Assembly (NCBI GenBank): GCA_043801585.1
Contig: JAZDLX010000007.1
Coordinates: 80,625-144,624 of the forward strand
Length of the DNA stretch: 64,000 bases
Source: a bacterium
GTDB taxonomy: Bacteria > Electryoneota > Electryoneia > Electryoneales > Electryoneaceae
Direction: 5' to 3'
A program made the position numbers and the translations under genes. Shown here piece after piece: positions 29,201 through 39,100 of this stretch; position 1 is the stretch's first letter; the number at the start of each line of letters is the position of its first letter. The notes under the pieces were generated by a model that saw only the letters and a program-made list of their open reading frames with translations, was not told the DNA's origin and did no database searches.

Positions 29201-29310
29201 CAGTAGGCGATCGGCAGGCCGCGCACCGTGATGATCCCGAGCACCGCCAATGCGGTCGCGAACAGCGCGGTGCCAACCGGGTTCTTCATGGACAACCTGG
29301 TGATCTTCAT
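26212..29310 (-). CDS. RND efflux transporter permease (AcrB/HAE1-like)
   Basis: 1032 aa, 12-TM RND architecture with large periplasmic loops. Last gene of the minus-strand operon. Confidence 0.9.
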   Translation of the reverse strand: MKITRLSMKNPVGTALFATALAVLGIITVRGLPIAYWPNITPPFLIVQTPYPGVSPEDIEEEVTKPLERVVSTVSNIYEVESLSIEGMSQLTVRFDWGTDVNRAKIDLREKLDGARGELPRDIQPTSVLALDALIPAPLELAVTSKRYDEGELRRILEDRIVNRLLRLPNVAAIDIRGGGDKVVRVEANPEKMLNLGITLDQLTQVLGSENLNIPAGELTQGSRQFIVRSFNKFQSLDDIRSVVINLRGQTPILLGDIATVRFTDDDRVGIAYIDGQESLALSVRQTTDGNTVAMVDEVNSEMEGIRRSWPDLEFRVIKDDSAFIRSTIRSVSTNVLFGALVASLFIYLFLGSIRNTFIIVISIPVSILATFLVMGALGISLNTISLGGLALGVGMIVDSSIVVLENLFYRQRRLNGVSSMTLEAKTDLFDNAVSEVALPITASIATSVVVFLPLAFTKGLSYFLLGELSLTVVAALIFSLIVSFTVIPTLSLRVLKVDGGSHLLPRQWQKMIDWIAKIYRPVITALSSNWKRALLTMIAAFSLLVIPIAGIRLLDIEELPRIDEGQIRVNLKLPIGTSLDATSGIASDMEEKLMQIPEIYQVYSVVGLSAFYNQPISNIAWFDCRVPPSKGDLDAVMAKMRQALTGYPDAKIDVKVQNIGAGMGSSGIDVRVVGPNLDTLATISEEIQDSLRAYPSIINLTSNLDAGKPEVQVVVDRQKAAHWGFSTARVASLVRTAVDGVAVTKFSTADGNQYDVEVSLDRSAVRSLPDLRELSLQTPLGTVIPLRAVADFRMKPGPSEIRRSDQERFLAVTGDAAPGYRQRDVRAIAARVQQHITLPADYRWKQAGASRSIVESFQSLAIALVLAIFLVYVVMASQFNSFWQPIVISTAIPLALIGAVLGLILFKGALNVNSFLGIIMLSGIVVNNGILLIDFINRGRREDNMPRLEAIIQAGQRRLRPILMTTLTTMAGMMFIALGLGTGGETLVPLSAVVIGGLASSTLLTLLVVPAIYTLFDAFFTRIAGKKEMKA

Positions 29311-30176
29311 CGACGCAGATCCTCTCGAATGATCACCATCGCCCCATCCTCGAGTGAATTCTGACCGAAGGTGACGACCGCGTCTCCACCCTGAAGGTTT
29401 GCACCGCGTATCTCAAGACGGTCGCCGAGATCGGCGATTATCGTGACGGGCATCCAGCTGGCCTTTCCGGTCCGAACGACAAACAGCCCTTTGATCCGTT
29501 TGCGTTCCACCACGGCATCACGGGGGACGGTCATCCCCTGATGCTGGTCGAGCAGCAGCTCCAGTTCACCCACACTGTTCGGAAGCAGCCTGTGGTCCGG
29601 ATTGGGCAGTACCACCTCGCCGGGAACAACCTGTCTCTGTTCGTCGACGTAGGGAAGGATTTTTCGCAACCGAACGTTGTCGAAAAACTGGCCGTTCGTC
29701 AGCCTCAGAGTGCCGGTCAATCCGACGCGCAGACTGGGAAGGTCCACTTCGAGGATGTCCGCCCGAAAGACCATCGAATCGTCATGGACGATTTCGAACA
29801 GCTTGGTTTGGGGTGTCACACGTGCGCCCGGCGAGATGTAGCGGTGGGTAATCGTGCCGGAAAGTGGCGAGTCAACTCGCTCCGGCTCATAATGGACTCC
29901 GGGATCGATACGTTTGACATGAATAAGGATTTGACCGCGACGGACGCGGTCTCCCTCGTCCACGGTGAGGTCAACGACATCCCCGCCGAAGGTGCTGAAT
30001 ACGTCAACATGTTCGGGTGCGACAATCCGTCCACGCACCGGGAGTGTCTGGCGCACTGTTTCCAGTTTCACCCTGTCGATATAAACCGGAATGGCGTCCC
30101 TTGGCGCGTCCTTTGCATAAACCATCGGCCAGAGGATGAACGAAACCACAACGGTCAGGAGCATACGTTTATTCAT
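29307..30176 (-). CDS. RND efflux periplasmic adaptor (membrane-fusion protein, short form)
   Basis: Signal/TM N-terminus and beta-barrel/lipoyl-like MFP segments. 4-nt overlaps with both neighbouring genes. Confidence 0.7.
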   Translation of the reverse strand: MNKRMLLTVVVSFILWPMVYAKDAPRDAIPVYIDRVKLETVRQTLPVRGRIVAPEHVDVFSTFGGDVVDLTVDEGDRVRRGQILIHVKRIDPGVHYEPERVDSPLSGTITHRYISPGARVTPQTKLFEIVHDDSMVFRADILEVDLPSLRVGLTGTLRLTNGQFFDNVRLRKILPYVDEQRQVVPGEVVLPNPDHRLLPNSVGELELLLDQHQGMTVPRDAVVERKRIKGLFVVRTGKASWMPVTIIADLGDRLEIRGANLQGGDAVVTFGQNSLEDGAMVIIREDLRR

Positions 30177-31488
30177 CGAATGCCTCGATGTATGGGAGAT
30201 ATTCCGCGTCGCGCATGGAGCACCATTTAACGACGGCGTCGAACCGGTAGCCCATCAGAGTCAGGCGGGTGCGGCGCAGTGTCCGTTGCGCCTCGATCAG
30301 ATCCAAGCTCCCGATGCCACCGTTCTTGTAACGGTTCAGGGCGATCGTGTAGCTTGCGTTCGCCTGTTCAAACGACTTCCGGCCGATCTCGATCTGTTGC
30401 AGGGCTTCTGCGAGATCGAGCCGGGAATCGAGGATGGATTGTTCGATTTCCGCGTTTTTATCCTGCTCTTTGGCTTGCAGGGACCTGCGGGAAATCGTGA
30501 TCTCCTCCAGCTTCCGTTTTGTCAGCCATCCGTCGAAAAGAGGAATCGAGAGGGAGACGCCCAGTGACCAGGAATCCTGAAACGCCTCGACATCCGGAAA
30601 CTGTCCGTTACGAATCACCCAGGAAAAAAACGCGGAGGGCATCGGACGGAGCCAACCCGTTTTCGTGATCTTCTCCTGTTCGGTGTAAAGGTCAAAGGAA
30701 CGGCGGAGCATCTTCAGCTCGAGATGCTGAAGAACCGCCGTGGACACTTCCGTTGTGTCCAAATCGCCTGGAGGAGATTCCGGAAGCGAGATGTCTGAAT
30801 CGACGGGTGCGGTGAGCGGACGCCCAAGCAAACGGTTCAAAGCGACTTCCAGACGGTTCACCTGCTTGCGGCGGTTCACGATCTCGCTTTGAGCACCAGA
30901 CAACTCGACTTCCATCCGCAGCACGTCGAAGTCGCTCGCGAAACCGCCTTTGTACTGGGCCTTGACCAAAGCGACCTGGTTATCGAGCAGGGATGCATTC
31001 TCTTCGGCCCAGCGAAGCGCTTCTTTGGCGAGGGAGATGCCGAAATAGGATCTCGCAACCGCAAGAGTGACCGCTCGGCGAGCCTGCTCTTCCGCGTCCC
31101 GCGCGGTTTGGGCGTTCAACTCCGCGATGTGGACGGACGCTTGAGTGCGGCCCCAGGTGAAAAAGGGGTAATTGGCGCTGAGCTGGGTGTTGATCTGGTT
31201 ATCGGTGCCGAATTTCAGCATTCTGCCGGATCCCAGATTCGCTTCCGGGATGTAGGAGGGTCTTGTGTACGATGCCGAAAGAGCGGCAGTCGGCAACAAC
31301 CCTGAACGCGCCTGCTCAATCTGGATCTCGGCTTGGGAAACCGACTCTCGTGCAGCAAGAAGCGAAGGATTGGAGGACAACGCCTCCTCGACGAGCGAGG
31401 AAAGCGGTTCTCCCGCCCGGGCCATTATCGGGAGGACGATGGCGACCAGGAGAATAGCGGCCGTTCGCCATCGGAATGTCTGTTTCAT
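30169..31488 (-). CDS. TolC-family outer-membrane efflux protein
   Basis: Signal peptide and a two-repeat OEP architecture with coiled-coil segments; 439 aa. Confidence 0.8.
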   Translation of the reverse strand: MKQTFRWRTAAILLVAIVLPIMARAGEPLSSLVEEALSSNPSLLAARESVSQAEIQIEQARSGLLPTAALSASYTRPSYIPEANLGSGRMLKFGTDNQINTQLSANYPFFTWGRTQASVHIAELNAQTARDAEEQARRAVTLAVARSYFGISLAKEALRWAEENASLLDNQVALVKAQYKGGFASDFDVLRMEVELSGAQSEIVNRRKQVNRLEVALNRLLGRPLTAPVDSDISLPESPPGDLDTTEVSTAVLQHLELKMLRRSFDLYTEQEKITKTGWLRPMPSAFFSWVIRNGQFPDVEAFQDSWSLGVSLSIPLFDGWLTKRKLEEITISRRSLQAKEQDKNAEIEQSILDSRLDLAEALQQIEIGRKSFEQANASYTIALNRYKNGGIGSLDLIEAQRTLRRTRLTLMGYRFDAVVKWCSMRDAEYLPYIEAFDE

Positions 31489-32000
31489 GACGCTTCTCCC
31501 TGTCCGAGATCCTGGATCAATTGACCCATCATGAAGAGTGCACGGAGGAGAAGATCCCGCTGCTTTTGCGAAAGGTTCCTGAGAAGCCCCTGCATCGTTT
31601 CCCGAACGATCTCACGCCGTTGGGTCTGGTAGCTTCGACCGCGAGTTCCAAAGTCGAGCAACACCTCGCGGCGGTTCTTCGGATTCTCTATACGGGTCAG
31701 GTAGCCCTCGCGCACCATTCGATCCACAAGCACAGATGTGGTGGATCGGGCGAGACCATGTTTATCCGCAAGCGCACGGAGGGTGATCTGGGGTGTTGAC
31801 GAAAGTGTGTCGAGCACCTCGAGTTGCCGCAACGTGAGGTTGCCCAGTTCCGAACGGGCAGGAGCTAAATCGTGAAAAAACTTCCCAATAGCGAGAATTG
31901 CATCAGCGAGATGTTCGGAACTGAATTCGCCCTCGTGAAAGGACATCCCCTCTGCGGGAATTGACATCGGCTGTGGATGAAGAGGATCTGTTGTGTCCAT
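31485..32000 (-). CDS. MarR-family transcriptional regulator (first gene of efflux operon)
   Basis: Winged-helix MarR core (LTLRQLEVLDTLS...ITLRALADKHGLARSTTSVLVDRMVREGYLTR). Start taken at ATG 32000 so that the upstream palindrome stays intergenic; the track's longest start is 32054. Confidence 0.75.
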   Translation of the reverse strand: MDTTDPLHPQPMSIPAEGMSFHEGEFSSEHLADAILAIGKFFHDLAPARSELGNLTLRQLEVLDTLSSTPQITLRALADKHGLARSTTSVLVDRMVREGYLTRIENPKNRREVLLDFGTRGRSYQTQRREIVRETMQGLLRNLSQKQRDLLLRALFMMGQLIQDLGQGEAS

Positions 32001-32022
32001 CGCATCTCCAAACTGTTTCAAA

Positions 32023-32039
32023 ATACGAATAGTTCGTAT
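32023..32039. promoter_or_regulatory. Putative MarR operator: inverted repeat ATACGAA-tag-TTCGTAT, with a third half-site AACGAATATA downstream
   Basis: Perfect 7-bp inverted repeat 23 nt upstream of the marR ATG at 32000. Confidence 0.45.
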
Positions 32040-32253
32040 AAACGAATATAGCATTCAGGGTGAAGGAGATGCAAGAAGCTGTGAACAGGCTGGAGAACGT
32101 CAAAGATGCCGGGCATTTCACGGGTTCATGCCCTGTGGCCTCGTCGGTCCGAGTTTTCCATGACCCCGTCCCATCTGCCGGTTGACCGTGCCGCGTTGGA
32201 GCCTTGAAAGATGACACCTATCTTACGGACAAACAGAAACAACCCTTCCGGAG

Positions 32254-32775
32254 GTGGACGTGCGGCGGATCGCGGTGTTCGGTGGCGGAGACTGGGTGCG
32301 CGGAGGGGATGATTGGGCGCTCGGTTACGAGGTGGGCCGCCGGATTGCGTTCGCCGATGCGGAGTTGGTCACCGGAGGGTACGGTGGAGCAATGGAAGCT
32401 GCCAGCGAAGGGGCAGCGCAGGCGGACGGAAAGGTGCGTGGGATCGTTCACCTTCCACTCGGGCAAAAGCCACCGAATTCATTTGTCACAACGGTTGAAC
32501 AGGCAGAAGATTATGCGGACCGCCTCGCCAGGTTGCTTCGAGTGCCGGAAGCAGTGGCGCTTCCGGGCCTGAGTGGAACGTTTGCGGAAATCGCCGCTTC
32601 ATTTGCTCTGATGCAGAGAATTGAAGGACGCCGGCTTGCTCTTTGGGCGCCATGGTGGCGTTCGTTGCTTGGCGATGTGTTGACGAGGATGTCCAGCGGG
32701 CATATGCCGGGTGTCGCCTGGCTGGATGATCTTGCAGGTGTGGAACGCTGGCTTTCCCGTTATCCTGTGGAATAA
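32254..32775 (+). CDS. LOG/TIGR00725-like Rossmann-fold protein (SLOG superfamily)
   Basis: VFGGGD...LVTGGYGGAMEAASEGA and PGLSGTFAE motifs; 173 aa; GTG start. Confidence 0.5.
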   Translation: MDVRRIAVFGGGDWVRGGDDWALGYEVGRRIAFADAELVTGGYGGAMEAASEGAAQADGKVRGIVHLPLGQKPPNSFVTTVEQAEDYADRLARLLRVPEAVALPGLSGTFAEIAASFALMQRIEGRRLALWAPWWRSLLGDVLTRMSSGHMPGVAWLDDLAGVERWLSRYPVE

Positions 32776-32788
32776 CCGGTCGGATGGG

Positions 32789-33883
32789 ATGATCTCAGGC
32801 GCTAAAGAACGGAAATCGATGGCCGTGGAAAAGGCCGCACCGCGCTTTCGGCGGGTACGCTACGCGATCTACGCAGTAGCCTATGCCTGCGCGCTCGCGG
32901 CTTTCATTTTTTGGTTGTACGTAAAGGGTGCACCTGCGCACCCGGACCGTAGCGGGACCGCGCGGATTGTCGTGTCGCAGGGGGCTTCCGCGTGGCGTGT
33001 GGGTTTTCTGCTCAGGGATGCGGGGTTGATCCGAAGCCCGCGGCGTTTCGCCTGGCATCTCAAGGTTCGAGGTGAATCCGAGAAGTTGAAGGCGGGTGTC
33101 TATGACATTCCGCGATCCGCTTCAATGAAGGAGATGGGGAGGAAGATTCTCAATGGCGAAGAAGTCATCGTCGAAATCACCTTCCCGGAAGGGTGGACCG
33201 CCGCCCAAATGGCCGGATTGCTGCAGAAAGAGGGAGTCGTCGATTCCACCTCCTTCATCCGGGCGATTCGTGACGAAAAACTGATTCACAACCTGAGTCT
33301 TGACCTCACCACGCTGGAAGGATTCCTCTATCCTGAAACCTACATTTTTCGCCTTCGTCGTACGCCCCTGGACGTCATTAGTTCGATGGTGACGGTGTTC
33401 CGGGAGAGGGTTGGAGACGACTGGATGCGACGTGCCCAGCAGGATCCATTGGGATTGCAGGGCATCGTCACGTTGGCGAGCATCGTCCAGGGGGAGTACC
33501 AAGTTGCTGGTGAAACCCCTGATATAGCCGCGCTTTACAGGAACCGTTTGAAGCAGGGGATGCTGCTGCAGGCGGACCCCACGGTCCAGTACATACTGCC
33601 CGAGGGACCGAGACGGTTGACCCTCAGGGATTTGAAAATCAAGAATCCCTACAACACTTATGTCTATTCGGGTTTGCCGCCGGGGCCGATCGACAATCCG
33701 GGGATCGATGCGTTGCGCGCGGCGCTCGAACCACCCGACCGTCCCTGGCTCTACATGGTGGCTCGCGGGGATGGCCGACACACATTCACGACCACATTCG
33801 AAGACCACCTCCGGGCGAAAAAACGGCTTGACGCCATTCGCCGCCAGGAGGCTCGACGCAAACTTCAGGGAAGTAACTCCTAA
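32789..33883 (+). CDS. mltG: Endolytic murein transglycosylase MltG (YceG family)
   Basis: N-terminal TM, LQADPTVQY, NPYNTY...GLPPGPIDNPG motifs. ATG 32789 just after the upstream stop. Confidence 0.85.
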   Translation: MISGAKERKSMAVEKAAPRFRRVRYAIYAVAYACALAAFIFWLYVKGAPAHPDRSGTARIVVSQGASAWRVGFLLRDAGLIRSPRRFAWHLKVRGESEKLKAGVYDIPRSASMKEMGRKILNGEEVIVEITFPEGWTAAQMAGLLQKEGVVDSTSFIRAIRDEKLIHNLSLDLTTLEGFLYPETYIFRLRRTPLDVISSMVTVFRERVGDDWMRRAQQDPLGLQGIVTLASIVQGEYQVAGETPDIAALYRNRLKQGMLLQADPTVQYILPEGPRRLTLRDLKIKNPYNTYVYSGLPPGPIDNPGIDALRAALEPPDRPWLYMVARGDGRHTFTTTFEDHLRAKKRLDAIRRQEARRKLQGSNS

Positions 33884-36192
33884 TGCAGATGCACGGCACC
33901 GATCCTCTGAAGGGTCTCAACGAGGCACAGCGACAGGCAGTGGAAGCAACCGAGGGGCCGGTACTCGTCCTCGCCGGAGCGGGGAGCGGTAAAACCCGTG
34001 TCCTCGCGCATCGCATTGCACATATCGTTCAGCAGGGCAAAGCGAAACCGTGGCAGGTACTCGCTGTCACCTTTACCAACAAAGCTGCCCAGGAATTAAG
34101 GGAACGGGTCGCACGGATCACACCGGGTGGTGATGAGGTCGCGGCGGGGACGTTCCACGCGACGATGCTCAGGGTGCTTCGCCGGGAGGCGGACGCCATC
34201 GGTTTTCCCAAGGATTTCACCATCTTCGACACGGACGACAGCCGCAGGTTGATCAAGATCATCCTCAACGAATATGGGGAAGATCGGTTCCGCTCGCGCA
34301 CGATCCACACGATCATCAGCCGGGCAAAGAACGACCTGATCGACCCGGATGCCTACGAGTCCACCGCCACGATGCCAATCGAAAAACTGGCGGCGAAGGT
34401 CTATCACGAATACCAGCGCCGGATCAAACTTCACGCGGCGATGGATTTTGACGACTTGCTGATCCGTCCGCTTGAGCTTTTCCGCAGCAACCCCACAGTC
34501 CTGCTGAAATGGTCGCAACGCTGGCGTTACCTGCATGTGGATGAATACCAGGACACGAATCTCGCACAATTTGAGCTGCTGAGAGTTCTCGCAGGACCGA
34601 AGCCCAACCTGTTCGCCGTGGGTGATGACGACCAGTCGATCTACGGGTGGCGCGGCGCCCGTGTCGAGAACATTTTCCGTTTTCGTGATGCTTTCCCCGG
34701 CTCACAGGTTTTCCGCCTGGAACAGAACTACCGCAGCACCCAGAAAATCCTTGACCTCGCTCACGCTGTCGTCTCAAGGAGCGTTCGCCGCGAGGAGAAA
34801 AAACTGTGGACGGAGAAACAGGGTGGATCGACCCCGAAAATCGTCGGAGTGCCCTCGGATCAGGACGAAGCCCGCGAAATCGCCGACCTGATTGGAAGGG
34901 AGGTCCTCGCCGGTAGTCGGGCGTTCAAGGATTTCGCCGTGCTCTACCGGACAAATGCTCAATCCCGCCTGTTGGAAGACGTTTTCCGGGGTCGGCGATA
35001 CCCATTTCAGGTCGTCGGAGCGGTCAGTTTCTACGAGCGGAAAGAAGTTCGCGATGCGCTCGCCTATTTCAAGCTGTGCCTGAATGAACGTGATGACCTG
35101 TCGTTACGAAGGATCATCTCGGAGCCGCCACGCGGCATCGGGGCGAACACTCTCGAGAAGTTGATCCATTGGGCAAAGGAGCATGACGCACCTTTGATGA
35201 GAGCGCTGGCGGACGTCGGAAAGATCGACGGTGTTGCGAAACGTTCGGCTGCTGCGTGTGTGAAATTCTCGAAGCAGCTCGTGCAATGGAAGAGCGAGCT
35301 GGAAAATCTTCCGCTCGAACAGTGGGCTTCGCACGTGCTGGAGGAATCGGGATACCTGCCACGGCTGCGTGAGGAGAAGAGTTTTGAATCGCAGGGACGG
35401 ATCGACAACCTCGAAGCATTCGTCGATTCATTGGCTGAGTTCGCATCGGATGGTGGATCTCTCGGCGAATACATCGAGCAGGCGGCATTGGCAACCGACC
35501 AGGACAAGTACGATCCGGGGTCGGACACGATCCGCCTGATGACGGTACACGCGGCAAAGGGGTTGGAATTTCCGGTTGTCATCGTCTCCGGGCTTGAGAG
35601 CACTCTGTTCCCGTTGGCGGGCGAAGACCGTGAGACCGACACGGACGAGGAGCGCAGGCTTTTTTATGTCGCCGTGACACGGGCGCGCGAAGACCTGGTT
35701 CTCACCTACGCGAATCTGCGACGGGTGTGGGGACAGATGGACACCCGTGAACCGAGTATCTTTCTTCGTGAGATTCCCGAAGAGGCAGTCAACTGGAAAA
35801 CCCGTGGCGTAGCGATGCTTGATACATCGGTGGCGGGTTCACGCAGACGTTCCGGACGCAGTTCCGATGATCCGTCTTCCCGTTCGATTCACGGTGAAAG
35901 AAGTGGTGAGTACGATCCGTGGGCGGCTCGGCGAAAGAACCGTTCAGCGGTGGATGCGGAGGATGAGTCCGGATCGTCAACGACCCGCTCGCCGGCTCCC
36001 ATGCAGGATGAGGATGTTCCTGCCGTGCGCGTCGGAGACCTTGTAGAACATCCTACCTTTGGGCAGGGAATCGTTCTGGCAACATCGAAGTGGCGAAACG
36101 ATATCAAAGTCCAAGTGGAATTCGAAGGGCGCGGTGTGATGTCGCTGATGCAGCGCATCGCCCGGCTCCACCCGGTGAGGGATTTTCGATGA
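33883..36192 (+). CDS. pcrA: ATP-dependent DNA helicase PcrA/UvrD (superfamily 1A)
   Basis: Walker A AGAGSGKT, motifs TFTNKAA, VDEYQDTN and the helicase C-terminal set; 769 aa. Confidence 0.9.
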   Translation: MQMHGTDPLKGLNEAQRQAVEATEGPVLVLAGAGSGKTRVLAHRIAHIVQQGKAKPWQVLAVTFTNKAAQELRERVARITPGGDEVAAGTFHATMLRVLRREADAIGFPKDFTIFDTDDSRRLIKIILNEYGEDRFRSRTIHTIISRAKNDLIDPDAYESTATMPIEKLAAKVYHEYQRRIKLHAAMDFDDLLIRPLELFRSNPTVLLKWSQRWRYLHVDEYQDTNLAQFELLRVLAGPKPNLFAVGDDDQSIYGWRGARVENIFRFRDAFPGSQVFRLEQNYRSTQKILDLAHAVVSRSVRREEKKLWTEKQGGSTPKIVGVPSDQDEAREIADLIGREVLAGSRAFKDFAVLYRTNAQSRLLEDVFRGRRYPFQVVGAVSFYERKEVRDALAYFKLCLNERDDLSLRRIISEPPRGIGANTLEKLIHWAKEHDAPLMRALADVGKIDGVAKRSAAACVKFSKQLVQWKSELENLPLEQWASHVLEESGYLPRLREEKSFESQGRIDNLEAFVDSLAEFASDGGSLGEYIEQAALATDQDKYDPGSDTIRLMTVHAAKGLEFPVVIVSGLESTLFPLAGEDRETDTDEERRLFYVAVTRAREDLVLTYANLRRVWGQMDTREPSIFLREIPEEAVNWKTRGVAMLDTSVAGSRRRSGRSSDDPSSRSIHGERSGEYDPWAARRKNRSAVDAEDESGSSTTRSPAPMQDEDVPAVRVGDLVEHPTFGQGIVLATSKWRNDIKVQVEFEGRGVMSLMQRIARLHPVRDFR

Positions 36193-39100
36193 GATGGATC
36201 GTGCGGCTAATGGGAGTTGTGTCGTTTCTTCTCCTCGCTGAACTTCTGTTTCCCGTCGGGGTATTTGCCCAGACTGGACGGGAATCGGATTTCCTTTACG
36301 CCCGCCGTCTCTACGAGGATGGACTGTACGATCTCGCCGTGGAAGCCCTCGAACGCTACCTTGCGGCCGATCCGGAGAACCCCCACCAGGTTGAAGCAAA
36401 CCTGATCATCGGCGACGCCCTCTGGAAGGAGAAGAAACTCGATCTCGCACGGCAGGCGTATCAGCGTGCGGCCATGGCGGACCCCGATGATCCGCGAGGC
36501 GTTGAGGCGTTGACCAAGGTCGCGGACAGCTATCTGGCGGAGAACGACTGGCTGAAAGCCGCGCGAGCCGAGGAGAGGATCGCCGTTTTCTATCCGAATT
36601 CCCCGGCCGCTCCCGCCGCACTGACTCGCACTGCGCGAATCCTGATCGAGCACAACCAGTTCAACCAGGCGGAAGCGCCCATACAGCAGGTACTCCGCCA
36701 ATATCCGGGGTCGTCCCAGCAGCGCGAGGCCCGGCTCCTCTGGGCACGGGTTCTGGCAGACAGGGGGGAGTTGGAACAAGCCGCCGACGAGGCCGGAGCT
36801 GTGGCACGGGCGACGCGTGACGCCGACCTCGCGGTGGAGGCGTTGAGTTTTCAAGGCGAATGGTACTGGCGGCTTGGACGAGATCCTGACGCGGAAGCGG
36901 CGTGGCGAAGCATTCTCGAGGGGTATCCGCGTGCCGCAAAAAGGGCGGAAGCACTCACCCGGATGGGGCAGCAGCGATTGCGGATTGGCGATGCGAAACA
37001 GGCGGAACCGCTTCTCCGGGACGCCCTCGGCGGCATCCAGAAAGATTCATTGCTGGAACACGAGGCGCGGCTGACGCTCGCCGACGCCCTGTTGCTTGAG
37101 GGGAAACCGGTCGAAGCGCTGCTGCATCTGAACCGCCTCGAAGGAACGGTCACGCCGTCAATCTCCTTTCGGAAAGCGCTCGTCCTCGAGGATGCCGGAC
37201 GTAATGCGGAAGCCATCAGCCTCTATCGGAACCTGGGACAGGGAACCGATTCACTTGCTGCCGGGGCGCGCTGGAGAGTCGCGGCGATGCTGGAGAAATC
37301 GGGACGTCCCCGCGAAGCGGCGGAAGCATGGCGCTGGGCCGAGCAGGCGCTTCCTTCCGACCTGCAAAAATCGGAGGCGAGGTACCGCGCTCTCGCTTTG
37401 ACGGTGGCTATCGAACCGCTCCGGGCGTTGGAGGTAGCGTCCGTGTTCGCGGATGATTATCCCCGCTCGGCACGTGTCGATGATGCTGAATTCATCCGGG
37501 CGAAGGCATTGCTTGCCCTTGGGCGGCGCAAGGAGGCGGTGGAGGCGTTTCGCGGGCTTGGAGAAATCTGGCCGGTGAGTCCCTACCACTACGACGCAAC
37601 TTCACGGGCGGATTACATCGAGACGATGGTGCTCCCCAAGGGCGATCCATCCTCGAAACTCGCGGGTTTGCTGGCGGAGTTTGCCGGGGGACGAGATCGC
37701 CGGGATCTCTCCCTGAGACTTGCGGAAGTCTACCTCTTTGAGCTGAAGGATTACTCGGCTGCAAAAAAGCAACTGCAAGAGTTGCTGGCGGATTCGAGTG
37801 TGGATCAGGCTCGGCGATTGCAGGCTCGTGAACTGCTCGCCGAATCCCTGTGGCGCAATTTCCAACGGGAAACGCGAGGGGAGGATGGCACCCTTCTTCC
37901 AGATGTCGCCGCCCGTCGTGCCGCGGCGAATCGGACGATAACCGACCTGCAGCAATTGCTCCCGAATCTGAGAAACGAGAATCTTCGGGCGGAAACATCC
38001 TGGCGGTTGATGAATCTCGAAGCGGATTCACGCAGCGGCCTTGACAGCCTCCTCTACGTGCGCAAGATGCTCCAGAACCATCTTGCAGATTATCCGAATT
38101 CTTCCCATGCTGGCGATGCCTATCTCGATCTCGGAAAGGCGTTTTCAAGGGTGGCTAAAGGAATCGACAACCCTGACAAAGGCGATCCATCCATCTGGTA
38201 CCTTGAAGCCTTCCGGGACAACTACAGTTCACATCCCCGCTTTGCGGAGGGACTGCTTCTGCTTGCGGACCGGTATGCGAAAGCAAAACGGTTTGCGCCG
38301 GCCGAGCAGACGTATCGAAGCATTCTTCGCCTCGCTCCATCACCGGAACGGGTCGAGGCGGTTCTCGCACTGCTCAATCCGGAAAAGAGCAAATCGTCCA
38401 TGGGAATGGGGGAGGAGCTGGAGTGGGTGCGGACTCACGCCTGGTATCACCCCGATGTTCAGTTGGGCCGCCGTCTGCTGGTTCAGCGTTTGATGGACGA
38501 TGGCCACTATCACGAAGCTTCCGATGAGCTGGTGGCCTTGGGCGAGTTGAACATGGATTGGGGAGCGGGTCTGGTGATCGAGGGGGCTCGCAATCAGCAG
38601 TTGGCGTGGTACTGGGGTCAGGTGTACGAAGGATTGCATCAACCGGAAAAGGCTCGCGACGAGTATCGCCGCTACCTTTCACGGAATCCCAGCGGACCGG
38701 ACGCCGATCAGATACGTCTGAAACTGGCGGAACTGAGGAAGCGTCAGGGCTATCCCGACGCGGCGCTTCGGCTCTACCGCCGTCTGCTTGCCGATGCGTC
38801 CGATTACCGGATGCGGGAGGCGGGGCTTCGTGGGGTGGCAAACATTCTGTTCGACCAGGGGCAGTACGAAGCCGCAATGAGAAACGCCGAGGAGATCGTC
38901 CAGACAAAAGGTACAGCGAGAGATACCGCCTTCGTTTACGACGAGATGGCTGTCATTTGCCGTTATCGCCAGGGACACCTGGATGAAGCGCGCAAGCAGG
39001 CCAACGCCTTCCGCAAGAAGTGGTCACGGATGGATGGACTTTACGACGTCTCCGCACGGTTCGAGCTGGAACGCGGAAAGTGGCTCTCCAAGGACAAGAA

